Counted from the first letter of the stretch, positions 46,197 through 56,719 are shown. The stretch is DNA of 64,000 nucleotides from a bacterium (GCA_030697645.1 JAUYPI010000008.1:4301-68300); one strand, 5' to 3'. The notes: a model not told the origin generated them from the sequence alone. Translations and numbers: made by a program.

Positions 46197-47366
46197 ATGA
46201 AAACGTATGGAGAATGGGTATTCCCTGGGCATCCCGATAAGCTGTCCGACCGCATAGCGGATTCGATTGTTGATGAGGCGCTCATCGACGACCCCGATGC
46301 GCTCGTCGGTATCGAAGTTGCTGTACACCGAAATAAGGTCTTCATCGATGGTCGAATCGCGTGTCCACATGCAGAGACATTCGACTGTTCCGAGATTGCG
46401 CGAAGGGTATTTCGCGAAAGCGGGTACAGTTCGGTATTTCTGCCTGATCCCACAAGACTCTCGATAGACACCGATCTGTGCGTTGGTGACTTTCGTGAAG
46501 ATGAACGGCGCATTCGCTCTATCTCCGACGATCAAAACATCGTCACGGGATATGCGGAACTAAATCCGGACACCAACTTTCTCCCGATCGCGCACTTTGT
46601 CGCTTATACAATCGCGCGAGAGTTTTGTGATCAGAGGAAGGAAAACATCCGGATCGGTCCTGACGGCAAGGTACTTGTAGTGATTGAAAGTGAAGGGCGG
46701 TCATCTGGAGTGCGGACAGAGTATCGTCTCGAGGCGGTGAGTTTTTCGGTTCACCATCAGTCCGAACTCAACACTATAGAGATCGTGAAAACCGCCAAGC
46801 AGGTTCTTGAATGTGCTATGGTTAAACTCCCTTCGGTACACACCAGGTGGAACGGCGGAAGCGGGAAGACGGAGGTTATTGTCAACGGCGCAGGAGACTT
46901 TGCGGTTGGCGGACCTGAAGGAGATAACGGTCTTGCCGGCAAGAAGCTTGTCGTAGATGCATACGGGCCGCACATTCCGATTGGGGGAGGAGCACTATCC
47001 GGTAAAGATCCCCACAAGATCGATCGGGCGATGGCGCTTCGTGCCAGGCAAATTGCAAAGCATATCGTCATCTCCGGAGTCGCCGAGCGTGCCTTGGTCT
47101 GGCTCGCGTTCGTGCCAGGTGAGCGGGAACCACGGTGGAAGAACATCACGCTTTTTAAGGAGGGTGCCGACGGATCGGCGCGAATGTGGCCAATGGATGC
47201 GGTGCTGTCTCGTCGATGGCTGGCCGGCTATGATCTGACCATCGAGGGTACCTTTCGAGACTTGCGCTTAGACGCGGTATGGTGGTCTGAATTTGCCGCG
47301 TGGGGACACTTCACAAACCCCAATGCTTCATGGGAGAGGTGGTTTCCGGGGAGAACCTCGGTGTAG
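46197..47366 (+). CDS. divergent S-adenosylmethionine synthetase (MetK)-like protein
   Basis: Full-length collinearity with MetK: GHPDKLSDRIADSIVDEAL (MetK GHPDKIADQISDAVLDAIL), GAGDFAVGGPEGDNGLAGKKLVVDAYG (MetK [25 protein letters not shown]), GGGALSGKDPHKIDRAMALRARQIAKHIV (MetK [29 protein letters not shown]). The GAGDQG loop is replaced by SDDQNIV. Confidence 0.7.
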   Translation: MKTYGEWVFPGHPDKLSDRIADSIVDEALIDDPDALVGIEVAVHRNKVFIDGRIACPHAETFDCSEIARRVFRESGYSSVFLPDPTRLSIDTDLCVGDFREDERRIRSISDDQNIVTGYAELNPDTNFLPIAHFVAYTIAREFCDQRKENIRIGPDGKVLVVIESEGRSSGVRTEYRLEAVSFSVHHQSELNTIEIVKTAKQVLECAMVKLPSVHTRWNGGSGKTEVIVNGAGDFAVGGPEGDNGLAGKKLVVDAYGPHIPIGGGALSGKDPHKIDRAMALRARQIAKHIVISGVAERALVWLAFVPGEREPRWKNITLFKEGADGSARMWPMDAVLSRRWLAGYDLTIEGTFRDLRLDAVWWSEFAAWGHFTNPNASWERWFPGRTSV

Positions 47367-47604
47367 TCTCCACAGGTGGCCTCACAGAGCAGATGCACTG
47401 GTAAAAATCCGTGCTCACTGCGGCCACGAATCGCCGAGAAAAATAAGATAGTTCTTTATTACCTCGAGTTCGGAGAGTTCCTGCTTTAAACTCTCCTCTG
47501 TTTCGGGGTGCGTATCTCGACTGATGAGCCACAATAACGAAACAGGAAATGTGTTTTTGGGCAAACCGGCTCTATACGAGCTCCTAGGAAGAGACAGGTG
47601 ACAT

Positions 47605-47979
47605 ATGAGTGTGGAACGACGAGGCAAACCTATGTTTCGAGTGGAAAAATTCCTTCCGAACGAGTGTCCGAAATGTAGGCATCATTTTCTGAAGGAAGGA
47701 GAAGACTATGTCCGATTATTTGGAGACATCATAGACGGTCGTAAGATTCTGCGGGAAACAACGGGGTACGACATTATCATCTGTGATAAGTGCAAGAATT
47801 GTACTGCCCGGGTGATGATCGAAGCATACCACGTTTCCGATCGAACCAAAGCGGAGGCTCTCTTCCGAGAAGGATTTATCAATCTGCAACCGGTTGAATC
47901 TTTCGGGAGTCATATTGAGGATGCGCACGAAATTTTTACCGAGATACCGGGGCTTCGAGTGAGGTCTCTGAAACTCTAA
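47605..47979 (+). CDS. hypothetical zinc-ribbon protein
   Basis: CPKC ... CDKCKNC pairs. No other recognisable domain. The start is uncertain (alternative Met at 47632). Confidence 0.45.
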   Translation: MSVERRGKPMFRVEKFLPNECPKCRHHFLKEGEDYVRLFGDIIDGRKILRETTGYDIIICDKCKNCTARVMIEAYHVSDRTKAEALFREGFINLQPVESFGSHIEDAHEIFTEIPGLRVRSLKL

Positions 47980-48179
47980 AGAGTTCGCGCCATTCAGTCA
48001 CAAAAGGTCGTAAAATCTCAAAGCGCCTGACCAGCGCTTTTTTCTTTTTTGACCTCTCACTATAAACAAAAATTGTACATGCAGGTTAGACGTTATTTTC
48101 CATGCTCAATAGCTCCTCCAACTGCTCCATAGTATACTGCGGATATACAATGATTTTTCATTAATCTCGGTCAATAACT

Positions 48180-48524
48180 ATGGGCTCATTACGAACTCCG
48201 GAAGGAAAGGAGAGGTACGAGGAATATTTGTCTCTTGCCGATCTATCGGCCTGCCCGCTTTGTGGGAAGGAGTCGATAGAGACTTTCCAGTTTTGGAAGG
48301 TTACTGAAAATTCTTTCCCGTACGATCTGATTGCCAAGGTGCACCATATGCTGGTGCCAAAACGGCATGCTGTTGAAAACGAGCTGACGCCGGAGGAGTT
48401 GGGTGAGTTGGCAGTGATTAAGGAATCGTTCGTGCACCAGCACTACGAATGGATAGTTGAACCGACGCACCCTAGTAAATCAATCCCGAGCCACTTCCAT
48501 CTCCACCTCATTGTGGGGAAATAG
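48180..48524 (+). CDS. HIT-family (histidine triad) protein
   Basis: Histidine triad HFHLHLI near the C-terminus and an N-terminal CPLC. 114 aa. Confidence 0.6.
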   Translation: MGSLRTPEGKERYEEYLSLADLSACPLCGKESIETFQFWKVTENSFPYDLIAKVHHMLVPKRHAVENELTPEELGELAVIKESFVHQHYEWIVEPTHPSKSIPSHFHLHLIVGK

Positions 48525-49347
48525 CTCCATTAGAATTTTCCGCGACCTCGCGCAGGCGAGGGAGGGTCTATTTTGGTTACGTTTCCGTCTCATTCCCCCC
48601 GTTTTTTATACACCAATGCAGATGGAAAAGAAGCTTGACTCTCATCATAACAACAGCAAACCAGCGCTCGGAGCGAAGCGCTGGTTTCGTTTGGGGAAAA
48701 GGCTCACGCCGGAAATTGCCTCTATTCTATAGGCAGCTTCCACTTATACGGCGTCATGCGACGCAACCATACATTGAGCTTTTATAGCCTCCCCGGTATC
48801 TTTTATATCTTTGTAAGCACACTCCAGCCGCACGCAGTACCACTGCCACATCAGGTAGAGTATCAGACTCCCATATTCTAAAGAAAGCGGCTCGGGAACA
48901 GAAACGCTGCCAGTGCGTACACCATACCTCTTCGTGCGATGCGGCAAAATAGGACTGCTCCAACAGCTCAACAAATAGATGCCAAGAGGCACGCTTGTGG
49001 GCGTCAAAGAAAAAATGTGCCCGAGATTTCACCAAAGTTTCCACCTCTCTGTCTTCAGGAATGACAATCCACCTCAGCGAAAATTCCTGCACCACCCTTC
49101 TGCCACGGACGTAAAAAACTACAGGCAGTACTGCGGGCAATACCGGGTATCGCTCCGCTACGCAACGGCAGATACCAAATCTCAATTCCCGTATCGATCC
49201 CATGACACACCTCTAGGTAAGCGAGACCCCATGGAACAATATCGGTTATTCTCTAAAATGAGACTAGCACATATGCATGGCGCTGGAAAGCGTTTGAGGT
49301 TAAGGGTGTCTTTTGTCAGGAAATTTTCGTGGTACCATAATGACTGT

Positions 49348-49986
49348 ATGAAAAAGACGCCTCTGGCTCTTGGTACTTTTGCTTTTGTTCTGCTTTTCAT
49401 AATCGGCTCTATTTTTTCTCTCCTGTGGTTCTTTAAACCTGGGCCGGAAATCCGCAATTATCCTTCGGCAGGGAAAGATATTATTGCATTTGGGGACAGT
49501 TTGGTGGAAGGGATCGGCTCGACCGCGGGCGGGGGTTTTGTACCTATTCTCTCGGAACGGATCGGGCGCAGGATTGTGAATCTCGGCCGCTCCGGGGACA
49601 CAACGGCTTCCGGTCTTGCTCGTGTGGAGGAAATTTTCCGCTACGACCCTCAAGTGGTCATACTCGTTCTCGGTGGCAATGACTTTTTGCGGAAAATAGC
49701 CCAAGAGACCACGTTCGCCAACCTTGAGCGCATCATAGAGCGTGTCCAGGAAAAGGGCGCCATAGTGTTATTGCTCGGTGTTAAGGGCACGCTTCTCGGC
49801 GATAAGGCGGAGTCATATTTCAAGGAACTCTCGGAGCGTCGAGGCACTGCGTATGTGCCCAATATTCTAGACGGTATTTTTGGGAAGCCGGGTTTGATGT
49901 ATGACAGCATTCATCCGAATGATGCGGGCTATACGCGTATCGCGGACAGACTATACCCGGAACTTAAAAAACTTATAGATAGTTGA
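49348..49986 (+). CDS. SGNH/GDSL-family hydrolase with N-terminal TM anchor
   Basis: Block I AFGDSL, block III GGND, block V DSIHPND. Confidence 0.75.
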   Translation: MKKTPLALGTFAFVLLFIIGSIFSLLWFFKPGPEIRNYPSAGKDIIAFGDSLVEGIGSTAGGGFVPILSERIGRRIVNLGRSGDTTASGLARVEEIFRYDPQVVILVLGGNDFLRKIAQETTFANLERIIERVQEKGAIVLLLGVKGTLLGDKAESYFKELSERRGTAYVPNILDGIFGKPGLMYDSIHPNDAGYTRIADRLYPELKKLIDS

Positions 49987-50058
49987 ACGCCTTCTCGGAT
50001 ATTGTCGAGGTGGGGATAGCGTTGTTGCTCGAAGTTTTGCGGCTGGTTCCGTGTCGAT

Positions 50059-51348
50059 TCACTCCGGCAGAGCCTCGAGGGTGACTCGGACGATTTTTTC
50101 TTCGCCGCGGTGGAGAATGACAAGCGTGACGCTCTCGCCGACGTTTTTGCGCCGAATCGCCGAGGCGAGCGAGTGATTCTCGTCGAGCTTGACGCCGTCA
50201 ATTGTGAGAATGATGTCGTTTTCGACGATGCCGGCTTTGTCCGCAGGGGAGCCGGGCATCACCGCAAGCTCCTCGCGGCCCTCGCCTCGTCCGACAAGCG
50301 CGCCGTAATCTACCGTGAGATTATTCGCTTGCTTGATGCGCTCGGTTATCATCGTGTAACGCACGCCAAGGTACGGCCGCACGATCTTTCCGGTCGTCTT
50401 CACCGACTCGACGACGCTTGCGACCGTGTTTGAAGGAAGGGCAAAACCGATATTCTCCGAGCCCTGCGCGACGGCGACGTTGACGCCGATGACCAAACCG
50501 CCAAGGTTGAGCAGGGGGCCTCCGGAGTTGCCTGGGTTGATCGCGGCGTCGGTCTGGATCACTTCCTCAAGGAGCTCGAAGCGGCCTCGGGAGTCACCGG
50601 CGACAATCGAGCGCGCGAGACCCGAGATGACGCCGACTGAGACGGTGTTGCGAAACTCGCCGAGCGCGTTTCCGATCGCGATCACCTTCTGGCCGACGTC
50701 GAGCACCGCGGAGTCGCCAAAGGATAGGGCAGGGAATGAGCCGCCGCCCTTGAGACGAATCACAGCGATGTCGAGCATCGGGTCTTTTGCCACGACCTCG
50801 ACGTCGTATTTTTTGCCGTCGTTGGTGAAGGCGGTATAGGAGGCGTTTGTGTCCTCGACTACGTGGCGGTTCGTCACGGCAAGCCCGTCCGTCCCGATGA
50901 TGAAGCCCGAGCCGCTCCCGATATCCCTGCGCTCGGTTCCGCGCTCGCGCAAACGCGGCATCTGGAAGCCGCCCCCGAAGTTATCGCCGAAGAAATCAAA
51001 AAACGGATCCTCTTCAAAGTATTGCTCAATAATGGGAACATCTTTGCTGACCACGATCGAGATCACCGCAGGAGACGCGCGTTTGACGGCGCTGATCACA
51101 CGTTCTTCTTCGCTCTGGAGCGCTTTGGCAAAACCGCTACGCTCGACTGGGGCCCCACTCGTTGAAGTTGCGGTCGCGTCGCCATCTTCGCCACCTGCTT
51201 CTTCGAGGATCTCCGACGCGAAGTAGTTAAAAATTGCGCCCCGGTTAAGATAAACGTATCCGCCGAGCGCCGCGAGGACGATTCCGAGCACCAAGGCACT
51301 CGTCGCAGCGCTCACGAGAATGGTTTTTTTGTAGTAGGACATACTCAC
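50059..51348 (-). CDS. htrA: HtrA/DegP-family serine endoprotease with PDZ domain
   Basis: Catalytic triad context (TNRHVV, D, GNSGGPLLN) and a C-terminal PDZ domain. N-terminal TM anchor. Confidence 0.85.
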   Translation of the reverse strand: MSMSYYKKTILVSAATSALVLGIVLAALGGYVYLNRGAIFNYFASEILEEAGGEDGDATATSTSGAPVERSGFAKALQSEEERVISAVKRASPAVISIVVSKDVPIIEQYFEEDPFFDFFGDNFGGGFQMPRLRERGTERRDIGSGSGFIIGTDGLAVTNRHVVEDTNASYTAFTNDGKKYDVEVVAKDPMLDIAVIRLKGGGSFPALSFGDSAVLDVGQKVIAIGNALGEFRNTVSVGVISGLARSIVAGDSRGRFELLEEVIQTDAAINPGNSGGPLLNLGGLVIGVNVAVAQGSENIGFALPSNTVASVVESVKTTGKIVRPYLGVRYTMITERIKQANNLTVDYGALVGRGEGREELAVMPGSPADKAGIVENDIILTIDGVKLDENHSLASAIRRKNVGESVTLVILHRGEEKIVRVTLEALPE

Positions 51349-51497
51349 TGCCTTTTATGCGTGGATTATATACCGGCCTTTTTGTTGCTCGCAAGTCAAA
51401 ACAGAGGTCGCCCCAGCGTGAATATTTTTATACAGCAGCCCCGCGTGCATGCACGCGGGGCTTAATAATGTAGCGGGGTTCTACGTTCATGTCGGCG

Positions 51498-52331
51498 TTA
51501 CCGAAAAGGACAGCTCGTGCCATCCTGGGGTTTATAGCCAAGCGTGCGCTCGGCGTCCGAGATGTTGAACGGGTTGCAGGCGTTGTCGGAGACGGTGAAG
51601 AATGTCGAGAATGACCGGAGGTTCTTCGCCGAAAGGCATCGCTCAATAAACTGAACGCAATCACGGTGCGAGAGGTAAAACGGGTATTCGCTCTGAGCCG
51701 CGTTGTCGTCCGGACGGACGTTGCCGAAGCGAACGGCGATTGCAGTGAGCGCGCCGCCTGCTTCCGCTGCCGCCGCGCGGGCTGCTTCCTCCATCCAGAC
51801 TTTCGTTGCGCCGTAGAGCCCTGAGGCCGCGGGGCCATCCGAGACCCTGATTTTGGTTTTGCGGTGGAAAGCGCCGTGTCGGTCTTTCTCACGGATACTT
51901 GCCGGATACTCGTAGCCGCCGAGGTGGCCGATTGCGGCATGCACACTGCTGGCGAGGATGAGGCGTGGCACCTTATGCGTCGTCGTTGCCATGAGCACTG
52001 TCCGTACCATGCGCTCATTCATCTCGTGCGCGTCCCACGTCGCATAGTCAAGCCGACCGGGTAGGCCACCACCACCCTCGCGTATATTCCACGCAAGGTG
52101 GATGATAGCGTCTGGCTCTGTCTCTGCGACAAGCGTCTTGAAGCGCACTGCTTCATGCACGAGGTTGAGCGCTATGCATTGCTCGTCGTCTTTGCCGAGC
52201 CTAGCCCCATAATATTCAGAATCAACACCAACAATCTCGTATCGGGTCGTGAGCCCGCGCACGAGGACTCTCCCGATCGTTCCTGCTGAACCGGTGATAA
52301 TGATTCGCATACTCCTATTCCTTTCCGCCAT
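51498..52331 (-). CDS. NAD(P)-dependent epimerase/dehydratase family protein
   Basis: Rossmann motif IIITGSAGTIGRVL, a short-chain dehydrogenase/reductase (SDR) catalytic-Tyr-like region YGATKVWME (Y-x3-K). Confidence 0.8.
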   Translation of the reverse strand: MAERNRSMRIIITGSAGTIGRVLVRGLTTRYEIVGVDSEYYGARLGKDDEQCIALNLVHEAVRFKTLVAETEPDAIIHLAWNIREGGGGLPGRLDYATWDAHEMNERMVRTVLMATTTHKVPRLILASSVHAAIGHLGGYEYPASIREKDRHGAFHRKTKIRVSDGPAASGLYGATKVWMEEAARAAAAEAGGALTAIAVRFGNVRPDDNAAQSEYPFYLSHRDCVQFIERCLSAKNLRSFSTFFTVSDNACNPFNISDAERTLGYKPQDGTSCPFR

Positions 52332-52406
52332 TCTAGCATGTTTCGGCCGGCACCATTGTTGGTGCCGCCCGAAACTCTGGCTCCGCGATGGCCGTACTTC
52401 TACGGG

Positions 52407-52997
52407 CTACTTGCTGCGCGCACGCCGTATACTCGCGATAGTACACAGCCCTTCGCAGAGGAGCTTGGCGAGCTCTTTTGGCAGCTCTTTTGCAAGAGAG
52501 CGCCAGGAAAGTTTCGTACGGGCCATGGAGACACGGATCGGCCGGTGAAAAATGATGAACGCAGCAAGCCATACGCGTGGCGCGTGCCACCACGAGGTCA
52601 CGATCCGAACGCGTATGCTTTTTTCGCCGCCCCACCGTAAGCGTCTGTCCCACCGCTCCACTTGTCTGATCGCGAGAAGCTCCGTGCGGGTGTTGTTGCC
52701 TTTCGGATTTTTTATGATCTGGAGCGGCTCCCACGCGCGATTGATCAGCCACCGCTCGGCGAGATCTGCGAGTGTTTGCTCGCCGAACGGCTCGCCATAG
52801 CGATGCGGTATGGCGGCCCCGAGCAGGATCCAGACGCTATCACGCCTATCGCCAATTTTCTTCGCGAGCCGGAATGCTTTTTCGCATCGGCTCCCTCCCT
52901 CCGGATCCGGTACTGGAATTTCTCTGTCTCGCCCAAACGCCATTGGTACGATAAACCAGCGCTTCTGTGCCACGCGCACTTCCTTCACTGTTTGCAT
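52407..52997 (-). CDS. hypothetical protein (possibly DUF218/YdcF-like)
   Basis: 196-aa ORF. No motif confidently recognised. Confidence 0.35.
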   Translation of the reverse strand: MQTVKEVRVAQKRWFIVPMAFGRDREIPVPDPEGGSRCEKAFRLAKKIGDRRDSVWILLGAAIPHRYGEPFGEQTLADLAERWLINRAWEPLQIIKNPKGNNTRTELLAIRQVERWDRRLRWGGEKSIRVRIVTSWWHAPRVWLAAFIIFHRPIRVSMARTKLSWRSLAKELPKELAKLLCEGLCTIASIRRARSK

Positions 52998-53052
52998 CTA
53001 CTACCCTCCAGGGAAGACATTTGCCAAGGAACAACCCGTGTCAATCGAATCA

Positions 53053-54108
53053 TTAAATTTTATCTGCGTCAAATTTCAAAACAACGAGCGTCCGGTCGTG
53101 GGAGTAGAGAGCGCCGTTTTCGTGCGCTTTTTCCTCACTGAAGTGATGGAGTTCTTTTTTTAGATTGTGGGGCCAGCGGCGGAAAAGGTCGATGAATTCT
53201 GGGAGGTCGAAGTAACGCTCGAAGCCATCGGTATAGAGAAAGACAAGGTCGCCTGGCGCGACTCTGAGCGTGCCGGTGTTAAGGTAGGGCTCCGCGGCGT
53301 CCTCGCCAGTCGCGACGCCGTAGCCGATGAGTTCGCCTTTCGGCCCCAAGCCGTTGCGGTAGAGGCGGCGGAGTTCTTTTTTGCGCTCTTCTTCCGGCCG
53401 TGATTCCCAGTCTTTGGGAAAGCAGCGGCGCTCGGGAGTACTCGGCCAGCATTCGGGAGAGCGGAATTTGAGGGAGCCATGTGAGTCGTAGTGCGCGACA
53501 AAGCTGTCGCAAATTGAGGCCCAGTAAAGTAACCGTTTACTGTTTCCTGATCGGTGGACATCGGATGTCCACCGACGTGGCGGTGCGAGAATCGCAAAAG
53601 CAGCCGTCGTGGTGAAGAGATCTTTTCCCCAGTAGTCGAGCGCGCCGGGGACTCTACCTCGGGAGTGATTGTACTCGCTCACGGCTGCATTTCCAGCGCG
53701 AAAGATGGCGGGGAGGTCGCTTGTGCTAAAATGTTTATATCGCCGCCGCGCGCTCTTGAGCGCGTCCATACAAAAGAGGCGGGCCGCACGAGCGGCTCCG
53801 GAGGGCAGGGGATAGGTGCCGTCCGGATTGAACTCAAGCGTCACTCCGTCGGCAACCACAAAAATCGGGCGGCGCGGGTCGGCGAGCAGGAAGTCTTCAT
53901 TCGGGTGCGCGAGCGCCTCGAGTCGGTCGAGATTATGGTGAAGTTTCTCCTCGATAAAGTGATCGAGCGCGTGCGCAAGCGGAGCAAAGAAGCGCGTTAC
54001 GCTCCGGTGCTCTCGTATGAACGAAGCGACAGCGTTCGCGGGGAGCGGGGCGCGAAAGGTAATGATACGATAGCGCATGAACCTTATCGTATCAGGCGGC
54101 CGCTTCAT
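53053..54108 (-). CDS. PP2C-family (SpoIIE-like) Ser/Thr protein phosphatase
   Basis: Metal-binding Asp motifs FVVADGV, DLVFLYTDGF and DRTLVVL. The start is uncertain (alternative Met at 54075). Confidence 0.7.
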   Translation of the reverse strand: MKRPPDTIRFMRYRIITFRAPLPANAVASFIREHRSVTRFFAPLAHALDHFIEEKLHHNLDRLEALAHPNEDFLLADPRRPIFVVADGVTLEFNPDGTYPLPSGAARAARLFCMDALKSARRRYKHFSTSDLPAIFRAGNAAVSEYNHSRGRVPGALDYWGKDLFTTTAAFAILAPPRRWTSDVHRSGNSKRLLYWASICDSFVAHYDSHGSLKFRSPECWPSTPERRCFPKDWESRPEEERKKELRRLYRNGLGPKGELIGYGVATGEDAAEPYLNTGTLRVAPGDLVFLYTDGFERYFDLPEFIDLFRRWPHNLKKELHHFSEEKAHENGALYSHDRTLVVLKFDADKI

Positions 54109-54269
54109 TTTTTCTTGTCAGACAGCATATAAAGCCTTGCGTCAAGTGTTTTTTCTTTTTGTGGTTGTGCACTATACTTAATACTTATGAGTAATAATGA
54201 GTCCAGCAGTGTGCAACGAGCAACTTTTTCTTGGTAACTGTTTGCCGCTGACCGAGACAGTTTTTATTT

Positions 54270-56711
54270 ATGTCAGACGACACAGGAGAAAATTTCTCTT
54301 CACTAGAGAGCGATAGCGGGGCGCAGTCTCACAGAAAACGAGATGGCTTTTTGTCGCGCCTACCATTTTGGTCTCTGGTGGGGCTTACGTTTCTGCTGCC
54401 GGTTTTTTTCCTCCCCTCGCCCGCGTCCCACTTTCAGCTCACGAAGGTAGTCCTGCTCGCGGTGTTTGTTGTCGGAGCATTGGTCATGTGGATTGTGGGG
54501 CGTCTCCGCACCGCGGAGGTGACCCTCCCCCGCGTTCTATTCTTCTATGCGCTGCTCTTCCTTCCGATTGTCTCGCTCCTTTCAGCCGTTTGGGCGCGTT
54601 CATTCAGTACCGCGCTTTTTGGCGGTGGGTTTGAGACGGATACGGTCGCGTTCCTCCTGCTATGCGCGCTGTTTACATTGGTCACCGCGGTCTCCGTGCG
54701 TACCCGCGAACACGCCATTAAAATCTATGCAGCGCTGCTCGCTTCGTTTTTTGTCGTCGCGCTCTTTCAGATGGCTCGACTCTCCTTCGGGTTTGATACG
54801 CTCGCTTTCAGCGGCACGTTTACGACGAGCATTGCGAATCTTATCGGCAAATGGAATGATCTCGGCATTTTTTTTGGGCTCATCGCGATCCTCACGCTCA
54901 CATCGCTCGAGTTTCTGACCGTGCGTCCGTTGGTCCGCGTCCTGCTCTCGATCCTGCTTGCGTTCGCGCTGTTTCTGCTTGCGGTGGTGAATTTCCTTGC
55001 GGTCTGGACCGTGCTCGGTGCTCTTGCAATCGTTTTCGCCGTGTACCGATTTTCACTGAGGCGCGGCGTCCGCAGAGCCGCGCGAGCGAGCGAGGGTAAG
55101 AGCGAGGCGCCCCGACTTGCGGACATTCGCCGCGAGCTGCCGATCGCGACACTTGCGGTACTTGTGGTAGCATCGGTCTTTATCTTTACCGGAAATATGG
55201 ACGATAACCGGCTCGGCTCGGCGATCTCATCCGCGTTCAAGGTCGTGCACCTTGAGGCACGGCCGTCCTGGACCTCAACGCTCGCTGTTGCGCGGCAGAC
55301 GCTCCTGGCGCACCCGATACTCGGCGTCGGGCCGAACCACTTCCTCGCCGAGTGGCACAGGCTTAAGCCCGAAGGCATCAACAGCACTCCATTCTGGGCC
55401 GTCGACTTCTCGCTTGGTGTTGGACTTCTGCCGACGATGCTGATTACCACCGGGCTCCTCGGCGCTGCCGTGCTTCTCACTGTGCTTATCGGATTTTGCT
55501 ACCATGGTTTTCGAGCTCTCTTTGTGCTGCGCGAGGATCCTCTCGGTTTCTATCTCCTGGTTTCATCCTTTGTCGGCGCGCTTTACGGCTGGATCATTCT
55601 CGTGATCTATGTGCCAAGCCCGCCGACGGTCGCGCTCACATTCCTTTTCACCGGACTTTTTCTTGCGGTACTTGTGTCTGAGAAGATGCTCGGGGAGCGC
55701 ACGATCAGTTTTTTGAGCCCGAGGGCGAGCCTCGTAGGCGCAACGATACTGGTCTCACTCGGGATTGTCAGTCTCGTTGGCGTTGGTGCCTATGCAAAAC
55801 GTGCTCTCGCGATGTACTACTATCAACGGGCGACGATCGTCCGTGCCGCCGGTGCGGGCGTTGAGGAAACTGACGCACCCCTCACTCGTGCCCGAAAAAT
55901 TCACGCTTTTACGATCATAGATCGCGCTCGCGCGCAGCTCGGGCTTGCGGCGCTCTCGGAGCTCCTCGCTCGTGAAGAGATCAATACCGACGCGGGGAGA
56001 GAGGCATTTCGCGCGACGCTCGGCACTACTATAGACCGCGCGCGCGCGGCTATGGAGCGCAATGAATACGAATACCAGAACTGGCTTGTGCTCGGCGATG
56101 TCTATACGAGCATTGTGCCGCTCAAGATTGAAGGTGCGTACGGGCAGGCGAAGGATGCCTATGATCGGGCTCGTGCCCTGAATCCGACACATCCGGCGAT
56201 CCTCCTTGCTCTAGCGCGGCTCGAGGCGGCACGAGGGGAAAACGGCTCGGCGCGGGATCTCGTCAAGGATGCGCTCAATATGAAAAATAATTACTCAGAA
56301 GCCATCTTTTTCCTCTCGCAACTCGATATCGCCGCAGGCAATCTCGACGAGGCTCTCAAGAGCGTCGAATCCGCCTCACTCCTTGAGCCGAACAACCCCC
56401 TTATCTTCTTCCAACTCGGGCTTCTGCGCTACAATGGAGAATCATGGGATAACGCGATTGCCGCCTTCGAGCGTGCGGTCTTGCTCAATGACGTGTATGC
56501 AAATGCGCGCTACTTCCTTGGCCTCTCGTATGCAAGAGTGGGCCGCACCGCCGACGCCCTTACGCAGTTTGAGGTCGTCGCGCGGTACAATCCGGACAAC
56601 GCGGAAGTGAAAACGGTTGTGGCCAATTTGCGTGCGGGCCGCGAACCGTTCGCGGGTGCCGACGTTAAGCCGCCGGAGGAGCGGGAGGAGCTGCCGATTG
56701 CGGAAGAGTAA
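54270..56711 (+). CDS. O-antigen ligase/polymerase-like (Wzy_C) membrane protein with C-terminal TPR repeats
   Basis: At least ten TM helices, a periplasmic-loop motif region (LGVGPNHFLAEWH), then about six TPR units. Confidence 0.75.
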   Translation: MSDDTGENFSSLESDSGAQSHRKRDGFLSRLPFWSLVGLTFLLPVFFLPSPASHFQLTKVVLLAVFVVGALVMWIVGRLRTAEVTLPRVLFFYALLFLPIVSLLSAVWARSFSTALFGGGFETDTVAFLLLCALFTLVTAVSVRTREHAIKIYAALLASFFVVALFQMARLSFGFDTLAFSGTFTTSIANLIGKWNDLGIFFGLIAILTLTSLEFLTVRPLVRVLLSILLAFALFLLAVVNFLAVWTVLGALAIVFAVYRFSLRRGVRRAARASEGKSEAPRLADIRRELPIATLAVLVVASVFIFTGNMDDNRLGSAISSAFKVVHLEARPSWTSTLAVARQTLLAHPILGVGPNHFLAEWHRLKPEGINSTPFWAVDFSLGVGLLPTMLITTGLLGAAVLLTVLIGFCYHGFRALFVLREDPLGFYLLVSSFVGALYGWIILVIYVPSPPTVALTFLFTGLFLAVLVSEKMLGERTISFLSPRASLVGATILVSLGIVSLVGVGAYAKRALAMYYYQRATIVRAAGAGVEETDAPLTRARKIHAFTIIDRARAQLGLAALSELLAREEINTDAGREAFRATLGTTIDRARAAMERNEYEYQNWLVLGDVYTSIVPLKIEGAYGQAKDAYDRARALNPTHPAILLALARLEAARGENGSARDLVKDALNMKNNYSEAIFFLSQLDIAAGNLDEALKSVESASLLEPNNPLIFFQLGLLRYNGESWDNAIAAFERAVLLNDVYANARYFLGLSYARVGRTADALTQFEVVARYNPDNAEVKTVVANLRAGREPFAGADVKPPEEREELPIAEE

Positions 56712-56719
56712 AGGTTCAC

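Noticed and set aside
46197-47366. calling the MetK-like gene simply metK (housekeeping SAM synthetase)
   Set aside because: Homology to MetK is strong, but the GAGDQG metal/substrate loop is replaced and the gene sits in a lower-GC island after a MoxR/vWA operon. Its function is left open and no gene symbol assigned.
48754-49203. 149-aa minus-strand ORF between the HIT gene and the GDSL hydrolase
   Set aside because: It partially overlaps the long six-frame ORF containing the GDSL gene and has no recognisable motif. It could be real, but evidence is insufficient, so it was left unannotated.
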